DNA of 62,912 bases, counting the filler, from Rhabdomonas costata (taxonomy: Eukaryota), in NCBI GenBank assembly GCA_019059605.1. It is 30 parts of 30 records of this genome, joined end to end, with 100 filler letters (N's around TTAATTAATTAA, not from the genome) between each part and the next. Parts side by side here need not be neighbours in the genome. Positions count along the whole stretch, not along the records: positions 37,839 to 39,826 come from JAHMHO010006557.1; positions 39,927 to 41,926 come from JAHMHO010006558.1; positions 42,027 to 44,026 come from JAHMHO010006559.1; positions 44,127 to 46,123 come from JAHMHO010006560.1; positions 46,224 to 48,222 come from JAHMHO010006561.1; positions 48,323 to 50,323 come from JAHMHO010006562.1; 24 more parts are not named here. One strand, 5' to 3'. The notes under the pieces were generated by a model that was not told where the DNA came from, did no database searches, and saw nothing but the letters and a program-made list of their open reading frames with translations. Both the position numbers and the translations under genes were made by a program. Each line of letters starts with the position of its first letter. Position 1 is the first letter of the stretch. This document shows positions 37,956 to 49,615 of this stretch, one piece after another.

Positions 37956-38423
37956 ATGCCTGCTTCACCGCATCCTTGTGAGTTCATTGACCCCGTGAAT
38001 AGCATTGTGGAGGGCAGGTTGTATCTCGGCAGCCGCTACGCCGCCTCTGCACTTGACATCCTGGTGGGGCTGGGAGTTACCCACGTGGTGAATGTCGTGG
38101 CGGAGCAGCCCAACTTCTTCACCGGGAGGTTTGTTTACTACAACTGCAACCTCAATGAGGCTTCGGTGGAGCAGGTCGACTTCGAGGGCCCACTTCGGTT
38201 CATGCAGGACGCCCTCTCGCGTGGCGGGGTGGTTTTCGTGCACTGCACCAGTGGGGTGAGCTGGTCGGCTGCGATTGTCATTGCGTACCTCATGAAGAGC
38301 TGTGGGCTGAGCGTGTTAGATGCAATACAGCAGGTCCGGGAGCGCCGCCCATTCATCAGCCCGAACGCAAACCATCTTCAGCAGCTCAGTAGTCTCGAGG
38401 AGAAGCTTGCCGGAAAGGTATGA
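37956..38423 (+). CDS. Dual-specificity phosphatase-like protein with a degenerate active site (HCTSGVSW)
   Basis: LYLGS, GVTHVVNV, VFVHCTSGVSWSAAIVIAYLM, VRERRPFISPN. May continue through a GT donor just before the stop. Confidence 0.92.
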   Translation: MPASPHPCEFIDPVNSIVEGRLYLGSRYAASALDILVGLGVTHVVNVVAEQPNFFTGRFVYYNCNLNEASVEQVDFEGPLRFMQDALSRGGVVFVHCTSGVSWSAAIVIAYLMKSCGLSVLDAIQQVRERRPFISPNANHLQQLSSLEEKLAGKV

Positions 38424-39926
38424 GTTTGCCCACACCCAATGGTAAAGCTTGGGCAGGGCCCCCCAATGTTTTAATGCTTTCACGTTTCTGAAAGTCCCTG
38501 GTTTGGGTTTTGCTCCCCGTTCTTAATATTATTATAGGGTGGCGATCGAGCCCGCCGCATTTTGGCAGAGCCGCTGGAAAGGGGTGCAATTTTAGTGATT
38601 CCATTTAGATTTAGCAATTCGAGGCACTGGGGCCAGACTTTTGCAGCTGCTGGCCAAACGGAAAATTTTTTCAGGCCTTCCAGGAAGACCAAGATGGGAT
38701 GCAACAGGCAAAATCAGATTGAAACAAGAGGTGCACGGTGGGCGTGCGTGAGAATTCTGCAACCTTGCAGTGAGACTCAGACCTGAACAAAAACGTTCCA
38801 GTATTTACAAAATTGGATGAGGAGGAGAAATCATTTCATGAGTCCCCGGCGTTTCAACCACCTTGGCCAGGCCAGCCCTGACCGTACCCCACACAGCCGC
38901 TGGTCATATTCCTCCACCCTCCTTTCCCAACCAAATGCGAAGGGCACCCGCCGATTTTTGCTTTGACGTTACGCAGTGGGTGACCCCAATGGGGGACAGT
39001 GTTTTGTTTTCTCACAGAAAAGCGGGGGCTTCGACACTCCCTTTGCGCGAGGCGTTCGGGCTTCCGCGTAATTTCAATAACAAGCGCAAGAGCTCAAGGC
39101 CCCAATTACTCTCTGTGCGTCCCATCCTGTTGTGCACACCCTTGCTTTTCTGCACCACTCCTTAGTAGTGTTTTAATCCGAACCATTGCTGTGCCATTGC
39201 TCCGATCTCCTCCGCCGTGCTTTTCTTTCCACACAAATTTGCGCTGGGTGGCAACCCCCGTGTTTCTACCTGCGGGTGTGCTTGCTCCTTTTTTGGGCGC
39301 TGCCAGGCCCCCACCAACACCGATTCGACTGCACTTCATCAGTCCTCACCGTGTGCCGTCCCTCTCCACGTGAGAGACGGCGACGCCAAAGCAAAGGCAA
39401 GGATGACTTTGCTTACGGATGTCATGGATGTGGAGTCATGTTCATGTGGGAAAGGTTGTGCTTTTAGGCGCCTGCTCTGGATGCATCGAAATACATTGTG
39501 GCTGTGTGAACTGGGAACGTTTGATGTCGTTACTGTTCCTTTTTTCTTTACTTCTGTGTTCTACTTCTCCGTCTTCCCCACAACGTTTTCAGTCTTATTA
39601 GCACTTTCTGGGGTAACGAGCTGCAGTGTGACAATCCTGAGCTGTCAGTCGTGACGGCACCTTAAAATGTAGTGCGTATGTTATAGATTATGGGGTTCAG
39701 TGGATTATTCTCCTGCACCTTTGAAACCGCTTTTTTGGGGGGAAACTGAAACTGAAACTGTCATTGCTTCAAAAGTTAAAGTTGTTGCGGCGATTCGAAA
39801 GGTGCAGGAGAATAATCCACAAACACNNNNNNNNNNNNNNNNNNNNNNNNNNNNNNNNNNNNNNNNNNNNTTAATTAATTAANNNNNNNNNNNNNNNNNN
39901 NNNNNNNNNNNNNNNNNNNNNNNNNN

Positions 39927-40125
39927 TTTGTTTGTGTCTGTCTGTCTGTTTGTCTGTCTGTATGTCTGTCTGCCTGTCTGTGCGTCTGTGGAAAAAGTGA
40001 GCTGCGCTTTTTTGCGCGACGTAGTCGACGTTGTTTGTCTGTATGTATGTATGTCTGTATGTCTGTCTGTCTGTCTGTGCGTCTGTGGAAAAAGTGAGCT
40101 GCGGTTTTTTGTGCGACGTAGTCGA
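39927..40125. repeat. (TGTC)n/(TGTA)n microsatellite with a duplicated ~45-bp core
   Basis: gtctgtggaaaaagtgagctgcg...gcgacgtagtcga occurs twice, each time after TGTC tracts. Confidence 0.9.
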
Positions 40126-41591
40126 AGTTTCAAGCCCACGTATGGCTTTCAATACCATTTTTGTTTGGGTGGGCTATCCGATGGAAAACCTCCCGGGCAA
40201 AAGTTGGATTTTAATTTTTTAAAACTAAGCCCGCAGACATTGCCGACTTTTTTCTAAAAAAAACGCTAAAAGTGGCGTTTTTGTACTATAAAACTAAGTG
40301 GACTTCGATTTCAAGCCGGAAAATGTTATGTATACACCCATTTGGGATCTTAGAACACGAAAACATGCTTTCGAGGCTCGAGTCAACAGATTTTAGGCAG
40401 AAAAGACCGATTTGAGAGCCAAAATGACCACTTTTAGAGCTTTAGGGCTTTTGCAAAGATGACCACCGAAGTTTACTGACATGGGTCGAAAATGGGATCT
40501 TCGGGGTTCTTGACCCTCCGGAGTTTTTTAGGTTGTTGGTTCGGAAAAACTGATTTTTAGGTCGCTTTGAGCTGTTTTTGCGGTTGTTTACAGCGGTTTT
40601 TAGCCTACTTTTGCCTCAAAAACAAGCTTTTTGAGCACTTGAAAGCCCTTGAAAAGGGTCAGAAATGGGGTTTGAACGGTGTGAAAAAAGTGGGCTGGTG
40701 TGTGATGAAGGGGGAGAAACCGGGGTGAGGTTCAGTGGAATGGGGTGTCCCCTCTCCGCGGAGAATGTGGAAACCACGTGGCCACTCTGCGGGGTCCAGA
40801 GAAGAGAATACATCATGTAACGTCCACGAATCGAAAACAACCAATAAAACTCATACTTGTGCGTTTGCTTTGCTTGGTTCGATTTGGTAAATTCTTCCGC
40901 ATTAAGAGCAGGTTCGTTGGGAGGTGTTGCACGCACTCTCTTCTTGTCTAGTCTTGTTGATTGGTGTGTTGCGGATGTTCCCAAATTGAAAAATGAATTG
41001 ATAATTGTTTGTCCTTCACTTCTTTGAGCGCTCTTTTAAATATTGGTCGTTTCTATCTGAAGCCCTATGTAAAACTAATGCCCATTAATGCCGAGTCAGA
41101 CCCCGACAGAGACTGGCTGGTTTAGGTAGACTATTTCCATTTTGACCACTGCACAAACTACATGGCCATGGCGCGGCCACAGACCGCCTACCCGAACGGG
41201 TTCTTCATTGGAGTTCGCCACCATTTACTTCACACAGAGGATTTTTTTCACCACAACACGTAAAAACATTGCACGCAAAAGCTTTCTTTCGATATTTTGT
41301 GGGTTTTTTTTTGACAAAACGGAGGTCTGTTCAACTAGGTTTTGTGAATTTGTGGTGCAAAGAGCGATCACTCAGCGCACAGAAAAAGACTGTCCCGAAT
41401 TTTCGATTGTACAGCCCCCACTACAGAACACCACCACAGTGCAATGTAAGCGCATGTTTTGCTAGAAGACTTCCCTTCAAATAAAAAATTTGTGTTAATT
41501 CCTTTAGCATACTATCGTTCAGCTTTTTGTTCATCTTGTTGTTTGTCCTGGTACGGCCTAAAAACTAGCAGTTAAAAAGGGAACCTTTTTG

Positions 41592-41885
41592 ACTGCACTG
41601 TTTGGTGTCGGATAATGCGGCAAATTTGATGGAAGGACTTTGATACATGGGTCTATTTTGTCGTCAAGAACGTTTTTACATGCCGACCTCGACATCCAGC
41701 TTCTTGCAGGGTAGTACACTCTGCAGATGCCCTGCAATAATATGAGCATATAATACGCCAAATTTCAAGCCTACCGTGAGTACATGAACATTGTGGACTA
41801 GCAAACACTCATCAATGCTTTGTTCGATGCCTGGAGCCACTCGGTAGCCACAGTTGGACCTGAAGCGCTGGATGCGGCGTAGAAT
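41592..41885 (+). pseudogene. Possible decayed transposase-like frame
   Basis: One frame reads CGKFDG...SRTFLHADLDIQLLAG*YTLQMP...*YAKFQAYREYMNIVD*QTLINALFDAWSH with five TAA/TAG stops. Only loose similarity to CxC/KDZ-associated domains. Confidence 0.25.
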
Positions 41886-42238
41886 TCTAATTTGGGACCA
41901 TTCACTTCTTGAAAGTAACACCAACCNNNNNNNNNNNNNNNNNNNNNNNNNNNNNNNNNNNNNNNNNNNNTTAATTAATTAANNNNNNNNNNNNNNNNNN
42001 NNNNNNNNNNNNNNNNNNNNNNNNNNTTTTTTTTGGCGTTTGGGAAACAGGTCAAATCGGTTGTGAAAACCGCCTGTCGTTGAAGACGTCCATGCACGCG
42101 CCGCTTCTCTTTGTCGCGAGTAGGTTCTCGTTTCGATGAAAACCTCCTTACGTCCTTAACCTGCGCTTCATTCATCGCTTGCGGTTGAAACACAGCCGCA
42201 AGAAAGAAAGTAGAGTGCTTGGGTGTCGCGAACCGCAC

Positions 42239-43867
42239 GGTGGTGTCCTCGGAGCCCGTGGCTATGAGGTTGTCGTCGAAGGGGTGGAAGGCCCAGTCCA
42301 GCACCGGTGCGGTGTGGCCGGCCAGGCCATTGGGGTTGGAGGGCAGCCGCCCCAGCTGCTCCAAGGGGTGCACGACAACCTTACCCGCGCCCGTGGAAGC
42401 CCAGGCCAGGGCGACGTACCTGCAAGGTGGTGAACGTTGCGGGGGACAAAGGCACTCTGCTGAAGCCATTCACAATGTATGGCAAAACTCTGGGATACCT
42501 TTTCGGTATTTATTTCCCAATTGTGAGCTTTCGTGAGCTTTCTCGTCGCCTAACAGCTGATCTTTCGAGTCTTAAGTCGATGTAATCCACAATTGCGTGA
42601 AATGGAGGTTGCCCCCCCTTCCGATTGAAGACTATGTTAGTTCCAGGAAATGCAAGCAGCGTGGCCGCAACACTTTCTTCTTACCAGAGGGAGGGGGGGA
42701 TATTATTCGCATGTAATTCCAGATGATCATGCAGCGTTTGCCACATATAATAGTTTGTTTTGGGTCCCCACCGTGCCTCTGTCGCCCATCTGCATCTGCA
42801 CGACCACAACCACTTTCTGTGTATGCCTGCCCTCCGACTGCTCGAGCTTTTCTCTCCTCCCTTCCCTTCCCTTCCCTTCCCCGTCTTCTTCCGCATGCTG
42901 CTCTGTCCGGCTGGAATATCTCCGCACTTGGCTGTTGGAGGTGCCCGGAAGCGTTCGAACAAAAAAGCCGCTAGCAATTAGTTCTGAAAAAGGACCGAGA
43001 TGCATTTCTTAAGACTAAGACAGAACGATGAACACCAGTGGTTCAGGCTAAAATGGAAGGATTTCAAGGTGTCCGCAGGAACTGAATCTGAACTAGACTA
43101 GTGGCCTGTGTGGCGATGCGTTCCTGGATAGAGAGGCCGTACTGGTTAAGCAAGGACGCATTTATCATCGGGATATTGGACAGGGAGTATGACACGAGGC
43201 GATGTTATGTTTCGGAGGGTAGAGGGAGGGTAGATGCCACAGTCAGTCGGGCGCAATCGTAACCTCTGTTCACGCAAGATTGAGCATTGAGCGGTGTTTC
43301 CTGTAATTAATCAAATTTTAGCAGCAAGCAGAAAAACGCGCTGGGCGATGTCAAAGTGAAAAACATTTCACAACCCACACACTACTCAAACCCAGAACAG
43401 GTTCCTTTGGAGCTGCTAGGCAGCAAAAATTGCTTTTAGCGACTCCAAAATCACGAATTGTATAATATATTGTATAATCACCACATACGACCAGCAAATC
43501 CTCCAGGTGACGGAGGTATCATAATCACAAGCATACCTTTTCATCTGGACGGTCCACCCGGCGACACAAACAACTTTCATAGCGTCACCAAACAGTGACT
43601 CATCTGTATTCCCTCACATCACCCGCCAACTACCATTCGAGAGATTACTCCACCCCCTCTTCTAGCGTCCAGCCCATAGATTATTTCTCTTCCTCACCCT
43701 CCAATCCCGTTCCCGTCTCGCTCCTCACAAAAGAACTTGCTGTTCGCCGCCAGGAGGTTGCCCACGTCCCACACATTGGAGCTGATCCGGATGTCGCTGT
43801 ACTGGGCCTCCGCTCGGGCAGGTTCAGCATAGACGTGCTTGAACTTGCTGTGCGTTGAGCTTGCCAT
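42239..43867 (-). CDS. Coronin, first two exons (43867-43737, 42419-~42239)
   Basis: MASSTHSKFKHVYAEPA...VWDVGNLLAANSK|YVALAW...GRLPSNP...GHTAPVLDWAFHPFDDNLIATGSED. Confidence 0.93.
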
Positions 43868-44385
43868 GAAGGACCCTACTCCACCTCACACAAATAGAAA
43901 GCACCACGCCCTCGACGACGACCCAGGGTGGGGCACCAAAGGACGGAAGCAAGCACAACAGAGAAGAGCAACGTGGAGGATAGGAAAATCGATCCAAAGA
44001 ACACAACTCAAACCGTCAAAACCCCCNNNNNNNNNNNNNNNNNNNNNNNNNNNNNNNNNNNNNNNNNNNNTTAATTAATTAANNNNNNNNNNNNNNNNNN
44101 NNNNNNNNNNNNNNNNNNNNNNNNNNGGTTTTTGTGGGCAGCGCATGGCAGAGGTGAGCCGGACACTTGGAGGGGTGCCACCAAGGAGTCACAGACATAT
44201 TTCTGTGTTTTGGGGTATATTTATTTTGTATAAGTTTCTTTTTGTGGTTTTCCTTTGTGCGTCCTGATTTGTTGCTCGCTGTGACTCGACCGATGACCCG
44301 CGCGTGACGCGGGTTTTTGGTTCCCAGCATGCTGAACGTTGGAAGATTTTACGTCCGCGTGTCACTTGTCTGCCCGTATTTGCAG

Positions 44386-44734
44386 GATGTATACCATCGA
44401 GGACACCATGCGGAGCCACCAGCCTACCCAAGAGCTGTTTGAAGCCTACCTCACCCGTGCCCGGGGCATGCCCCCGAATAGCCCAAAGTCAAAAGTTCAG
44501 CATGGGAGTCCAAATTTGCTTCACCCTCGGACGTCTTGCGAGCCTTCCAACTCTGGGTGTGGTGCAGAGCCAACTTCTGCAGTGCCTTTGCCACACACGG
44601 ATCCGCTGTGGGCATGCTCCAGTCCGGAGGCACCTTCGTCGCTCTCGGAGATATCAGCCAAAAACTCTTCGTGGAGGCTCAAGAAGGTAATAGAAGCCTA
44701 TCCCGCTGGTTTGGAAGTGCCTTACCCTATTTAG
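44386..44734 (+). CDS. Probable last exon of an unknown protein
   Basis: Open frame from a tgcag acceptor to TAG (MYTIEDTMRSHQPTQELFEAYLTRARG...). Confidence 0.4.
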
Positions 44735-45572
44735 TGTGCTAATTGCTTCTAGAGACGTCATGGGGTTGGGATCGTGAAGTGGATGGGTTGTGCACTGCTG
44801 GTCAAAGCTGTGCATTTTTTTCTCGTGGTGTTTCACTCGAGTTTTGAATGTCCTGCCTCCGTTTGCCTGCTAATGTATGCAGTGTGCTCTGAACTTTTTG
44901 ATGCAATCCTTGGGGGACGTGCGTGTAATTGAGCACGTGGTACGTTTGCAGGTTTTTGTGTGAAATGCTTTGATTCTTTGCTTGATTCTTTCCCTGTATC
45001 TGAGTGTTGACATCCTAGTTCTGGGTGTCGTGACTGCTTGATGTAAGCTTTCCCGTGTTCTTTGTTTGCCATTTTGATGTCCTCGGTATTCTGACCCCGA
45101 GCTTTATCTAGGAAAAGGCCCACAACCCTGCTCGTGGATTTTATGATGTACACCAAGCAAAATACCCGGATACTGGGATGAACCCCAATTGGGTTCACCC
45201 ATGCCAAGTTCAATCATGGTTTTTGAGAATCAATGCCATGTGTCACCCACACCCCTCCCTTCTTTCCCTTGGGGACTGCTAAATTGTAACCTGTATGCCA
45301 CTGTCTGTGGCTGAGGAACGTCCGACGTGTTCGTTTTTGCCGGGAGGGAGGGAGTCTTGTAGAAAACGATCGCTTCACGGCGTAGCCTGCAGGATAGATG
45401 TAGACGACGAATCGATGTTTTTTCAGTTGGTACGTAGAGCCTGCCTACGGGGTTTGGGTAGTGGATGCGGTAGTTGGCTATGGTCGCATGCCGTGACAGC
45501 TCACTGAGAATCCTGTCTGCTGATGAGTTCTGTTGCTTGTTTTAGATATTGTACTTTTCTACCTTTCAAACG

Positions 45573-45873
45573 ATGGACCGGTCCTCTGTTCGAATCATTT
45601 CGCCCACCCCAACCAGCCCTGGCTGGAGGTTAAGCAATGTTCACTTTCCTTTCTGGCTGCTGGTTGGCGGGCTTGTAATATTCTCTGTGGTGGCGGTGGG
45701 GCTGCTGGCCTTCCTGCCGGTGTACTTCCGGACTCAAGCTACGATGGACTCCGTGGCGTCAATATACAGAGAGCTCTCGTTTCTCGCCGTGGAGAACAGT
45801 GTGGAGGATCTTCTCCTGACATGTATTAAGCTGGTGGAGTTGCTTGCAGAAGAAGCTGCCACCTTCACGAAGG
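45573..45873 (+). CDS. First exon of a membrane-anchored receptor-like protein (possibly nucleotide-cyclase/sensor type)
   Basis: ATG, a long hydrophobic helix (FWLLVGGLVIFSVVAVGLLAFLPVY) and an amphipathic helix as in Cache-type sensors. No catalytic domain is visible. Confidence 0.5.
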
Positions 45874-46238
45874 GTTCGCATCCTTTTGGCTGCATCGCTC
45901 ACTGAGCTGCGCGATAAATCCGTTGAACATGGAGCTACCCCACCCAGGATCCCTGCATAGTGCTCACTATCCTGCCAGCAGTTGTCGATGCCACCCCTAA
46001 AGTACAATTTTCATCAATCCGACAAAATTTATGTGCGTGGTGCATTGCCTTTTATCCTGCCAACCCCCGTCAAGCCCAAGACAAGAAAGCCTGGCAGGGG
46101 TGTTTCCCATCCCGCAACACACCNNNNNNNNNNNNNNNNNNNNNNNNNNNNNNNNNNNNNNNNNNNNTTAATTAATTAANNNNNNNNNNNNNNNNNNNNN
46201 NNNNNNNNNNNNNNNNNNNNNNNGTTGTTGGGTGGGAC

Positions 46239-48222
46239 CTCTGGAGCCAGCGGCCGGGGCAGACACAGGGGAGGTTGCCCTTGCCTTCGGCTTTGCTTTG
46301 TCTGGCGTAACTTTTCCCTGCCCTGCGGGCCGCTGCTGCTGCTGGGGCTGCAGCCGGAAGGTCACAAGAACCTGTTTTGGTTTGACATCATCCCTCCGCA
46401 CACACACATCTCAACGCTATGCGCCGGCGCGAGGGTAAGCTGCAGTGCTGCCAGCACTGATTTCAAGAGGACTTTCCGTTCGTTCCCGGATAAAGCGTTA
46501 CAACGCGTCACAATGTCCAGTGTTCAAAGTCCAGCCCAAGCAACAACAGCACAGTAGCGAAAAAAGAAAGAAAGAGAGTAACGTTAAGAACTTTAAGAAC
46601 CCAGAGAGGTGCAAGATTCGGTCGTTCCGCACGAGCTGGCCGGGCGCAGGGAGCGTCCTTTACCCTCTGACATCTGCTTCTGGGATAGATTCGGGTTCTC
46701 ACTATTGAAATGTGCAGTGTTCCCCACAGTCCAAAATTCACGTGTGCTTGTGTGGGAGTCAAGAGGGGGGCGTCCACCTCCTGTCCGGCGCAGCCCAGTA
46801 AGCAGTGCGCGGGGGTGAGGCCCTCTAGGAGGGGCTGACGGTTGACTGCCACCAGGACGTCCCCGGGGCGGACCTGCGCCCCGGCGTGGGCCAGAGGCCC
46901 ACCGTGCCCGTGGCTCCAGAAGTCACCCTTGGAAGTCACACGCACACATAGGTACACTCACTCCGTCCAGGCCAGAATAAGTTTCACGCACTGGCCCTTT
47001 CCTCTTCCGAGTTCTCCGGTGACATCCTGGATGACATCATCGTTGCTGCACATCTGTGTACCCGGATGCACCTCTCCCACTGCGCCTTCGTGGTTTGTGC
47101 TCAGAGTTCAAGAGTGTGAGCACAAAGCTTCCTGTGCTAACGTACAGGTGCTTTGGGCCCACTCCCCGTCAAAAAAGTGCACTGTCCCCTCTGTCCCAAT
47201 TCCAAACAATTCCCACAAGACCATGGGGTCCCCACCCAAACCCAATCCCCAGAGGTGCGGACCTTGACGACATGAGTGACGCGGTATCCCTGGCTGGCTT
47301 GGTCCCACGCATAGTCCGCACCCAGCACCCCAACCGCGGCGCAATGAGGCAGCTCCTCCGCCTCCGGAATGGCAGAGGCTCCTCCGCTTCCACTGCCACT
47401 GCCTGCAGAGGGGGCGCCAAGATAGCAGTGAGAGGTGCCCAGCTCGGCCAGCATTTCCGCCAGGAGGTCCCCAAGCTCCCTCCGGCACCGAACTCGGGGC
47501 ATAGCCTCCCGATACCTGAGAAACCCCATCCCGAGAGTAGTACAGTGGCATAGGAAAAAAAGAAGAGGTGGCCCACCCCATCCCAACACCAGCCACAACA
47601 GCCAAGCAGGCGCGTAACCACTCTGAATCCTGAAGCCTCCGAATCTGTTCCCGGTCGTCCAAACCCCTCCTTTCTACGCTTGAGCCGTGAGAATCCTTCA
47701 GGGCGTGTTAAGAACGCCTTTCCTGGGCACCCAGCCCACGCCGCACCCGTACAACTGGTGTCTTGCTCGGACCCAGCCGTGTGATATGTGGCATCAGGTA
47801 GAACATGTCTGTTCGAAACCAAAGTCCACTCAGACGAAGGGATCGATACACTAACATGAAAGTTCACGGTCTAGCCGCACCTCACAACGCAAACTTGCTC
47901 CCTTTATTGGGAGGCAATTTGAATAAGGAATGACATGGGTCTCGTCGCCTGCCTGTGTACGTCGGAAAGGCACATCACCTGCTAAGTGGTTCCCCCGTTG
48001 CTCCTGTCTGAGCTGCTGCTGTGAGCCTTAGCACTGAAGCAGCCCAGGCTCCCTATACATGAAGCAACCGATGCCACATCATGGTGCGTGCTGTGGTGGT
48101 ACCTGTGGAAGCAGGCCCTCCAGTCCAGCGCAGCGCAGGCCTTCCCTTCGGTGAAGGCTGCCGCCGCGACCAGCGCGGCGGGGCACCAGAATTTGTCCCG
48201 GACGGCCCTCCACACCACACCC
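46239..48222 (-). CDS. Tricorn protease (S41) C1 + PDZ region, exons 48222-48103, 47515-47263, 46927-46778, 46371-~46239
   Basis: VWRAVRDKFW...LDWRACFHR|YREAMPRVRCRRELGDLLAEMLAELGTSHCY...GVLGADY...YRVTHVVK|GDFW...GPLAHAGAQVRPGDVLVAVNRQPL...LLGCAGQE|VLVTF. Three in-phase GT-AG introns. Confidence 0.9.
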
Positions 48223-48590
48223 NNNNNNNNNNNNNNNNNNNNNNNNNNNNNNNNNNNNNNNNNNNNTTAATTAATTAANNNNNNNNNNNNNNNNNNNNNN
48301 NNNNNNNNNNNNNNNNNNNNNNGGTTGGTTTGGAGTTCGGTGTCATGATCCAGGCACTCGCCCATTAACCGTCCACCACTTCCTCTGGCTGCCTCTCTCT
48401 TTCTGTCTTCTTCTCTCTTCCGATCTCGCGTCTCGGCAGAAGTTTTTTTCTGCGACCCGGCTCTCCAACCCTGCCAGGCGCGTCGCCATGAGCCCTTGTG
48501 GTACTTGTGCAGATGCTCGTTTCTGTATTGCTCCTATTTTTCTGCTGCGTTTCCAACCTTCACTTGTGTCTATCGCCCTCTCTCCCACAG

Positions 48591-49615
48591 GTGCTGACGC
48601 AGGCTGTGGGGCCGAGTGCTGATCTGAAGCGGCTGACCTACCTCAACCTCATGGGCTCCTCGCTGAAGCGGATCCCTGGGCCCGTGCTGGCCGAGCTGCC
48701 CGCGCTGAGGGTGCTCTCGCTGGCCTTCAACGAGCTGCAGAAGCTTGAGCACCTCGAGCAGCTTCCCGCGCTGGAACACCTCGACATCTCCTTCAACGCC
48801 GTACGCCGGCTGGACACCCTCCGGGGCTTGCCTCGGCTGTCCTTCCTAGGTTCTTCCGCACCCCCCCTCCTCCATTTCACCTCCATCGCAATGCCTGCAT
48901 GTACGCCAAGCATCCGTGCTGTTGCAATGTGTACTGAGCAAACCTAGTCCCAAGGCCTTGTCTCGTTTTCCATGTATTTAACGATATTCAACCTGTTTTT
49001 GAATGCCCAAAACTTGGGCACAAAAAGCAGACAGACATTCATGTTGTTTTTTCCTCGGGAAAACGCTAAAAATGCCAAATGCGTGCGTCTTTGAACATGC
49101 CTCCGAGAAATGTTGGTTCCATGAAATTGCCGACCCACCTCAAACATGATATCCTTCTCGTTGCAAGGTTGCAAGGGACGCTTTGTGCCTTTGTTGAGCC
49201 AAAAGTGGTCAAAAACAAGACCTAACAGGTCTAGGGGGCTTTTTCCTAGCTCTGTATGTGATTTGAATGGCATTTTTAACATGTTGTGATGCGATTTTAT
49301 CAAAAATCAGCCATACCATACTTAGCTTTTTTTGTGTCCCCAGAGGTGCAGTCCAACATGTTGCACCGCCTGGAGGACCTCAACGTGCTGAAGCGGAGCC
49401 TGCCCCAGCTGAGCAACCTGAGCATCGCGGACAACACGCTGTGCGAGCTAAAGGGCTTCAAGTGGCTCGTGCTGCGCAGGTTGTTCTTTGTGCCTAGCAT
49501 GTCTGCAGAAACACACCTCTGTTCTCTTTTCTTCCTGCACACCACCTTTCCTTTCAGGCTGCCCACCTTAACCAAGCTGGATGGCAAGCCTGTCACGGAG
49601 GAGGACCGAGCACAG
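48591..49615 (+). CDS. SDS22-type leucine-rich-repeat protein with LRRcap (LRRC9-like), exons 48591-48849, 49344-49479, 49558-49615
   Basis: Repeated LxxLxLxxNxL units and a LPTLTKLDGKPVTEEDR cap. Splices are in phase. Confidence 0.85.

Noticed and set aside
43503-43548. CAG...CTG hairpin in the coronin intron, resembling a non-conventional intron
   Set aside because: The stem relies on G-U pairs on the strand opposite to the coronin transcript.
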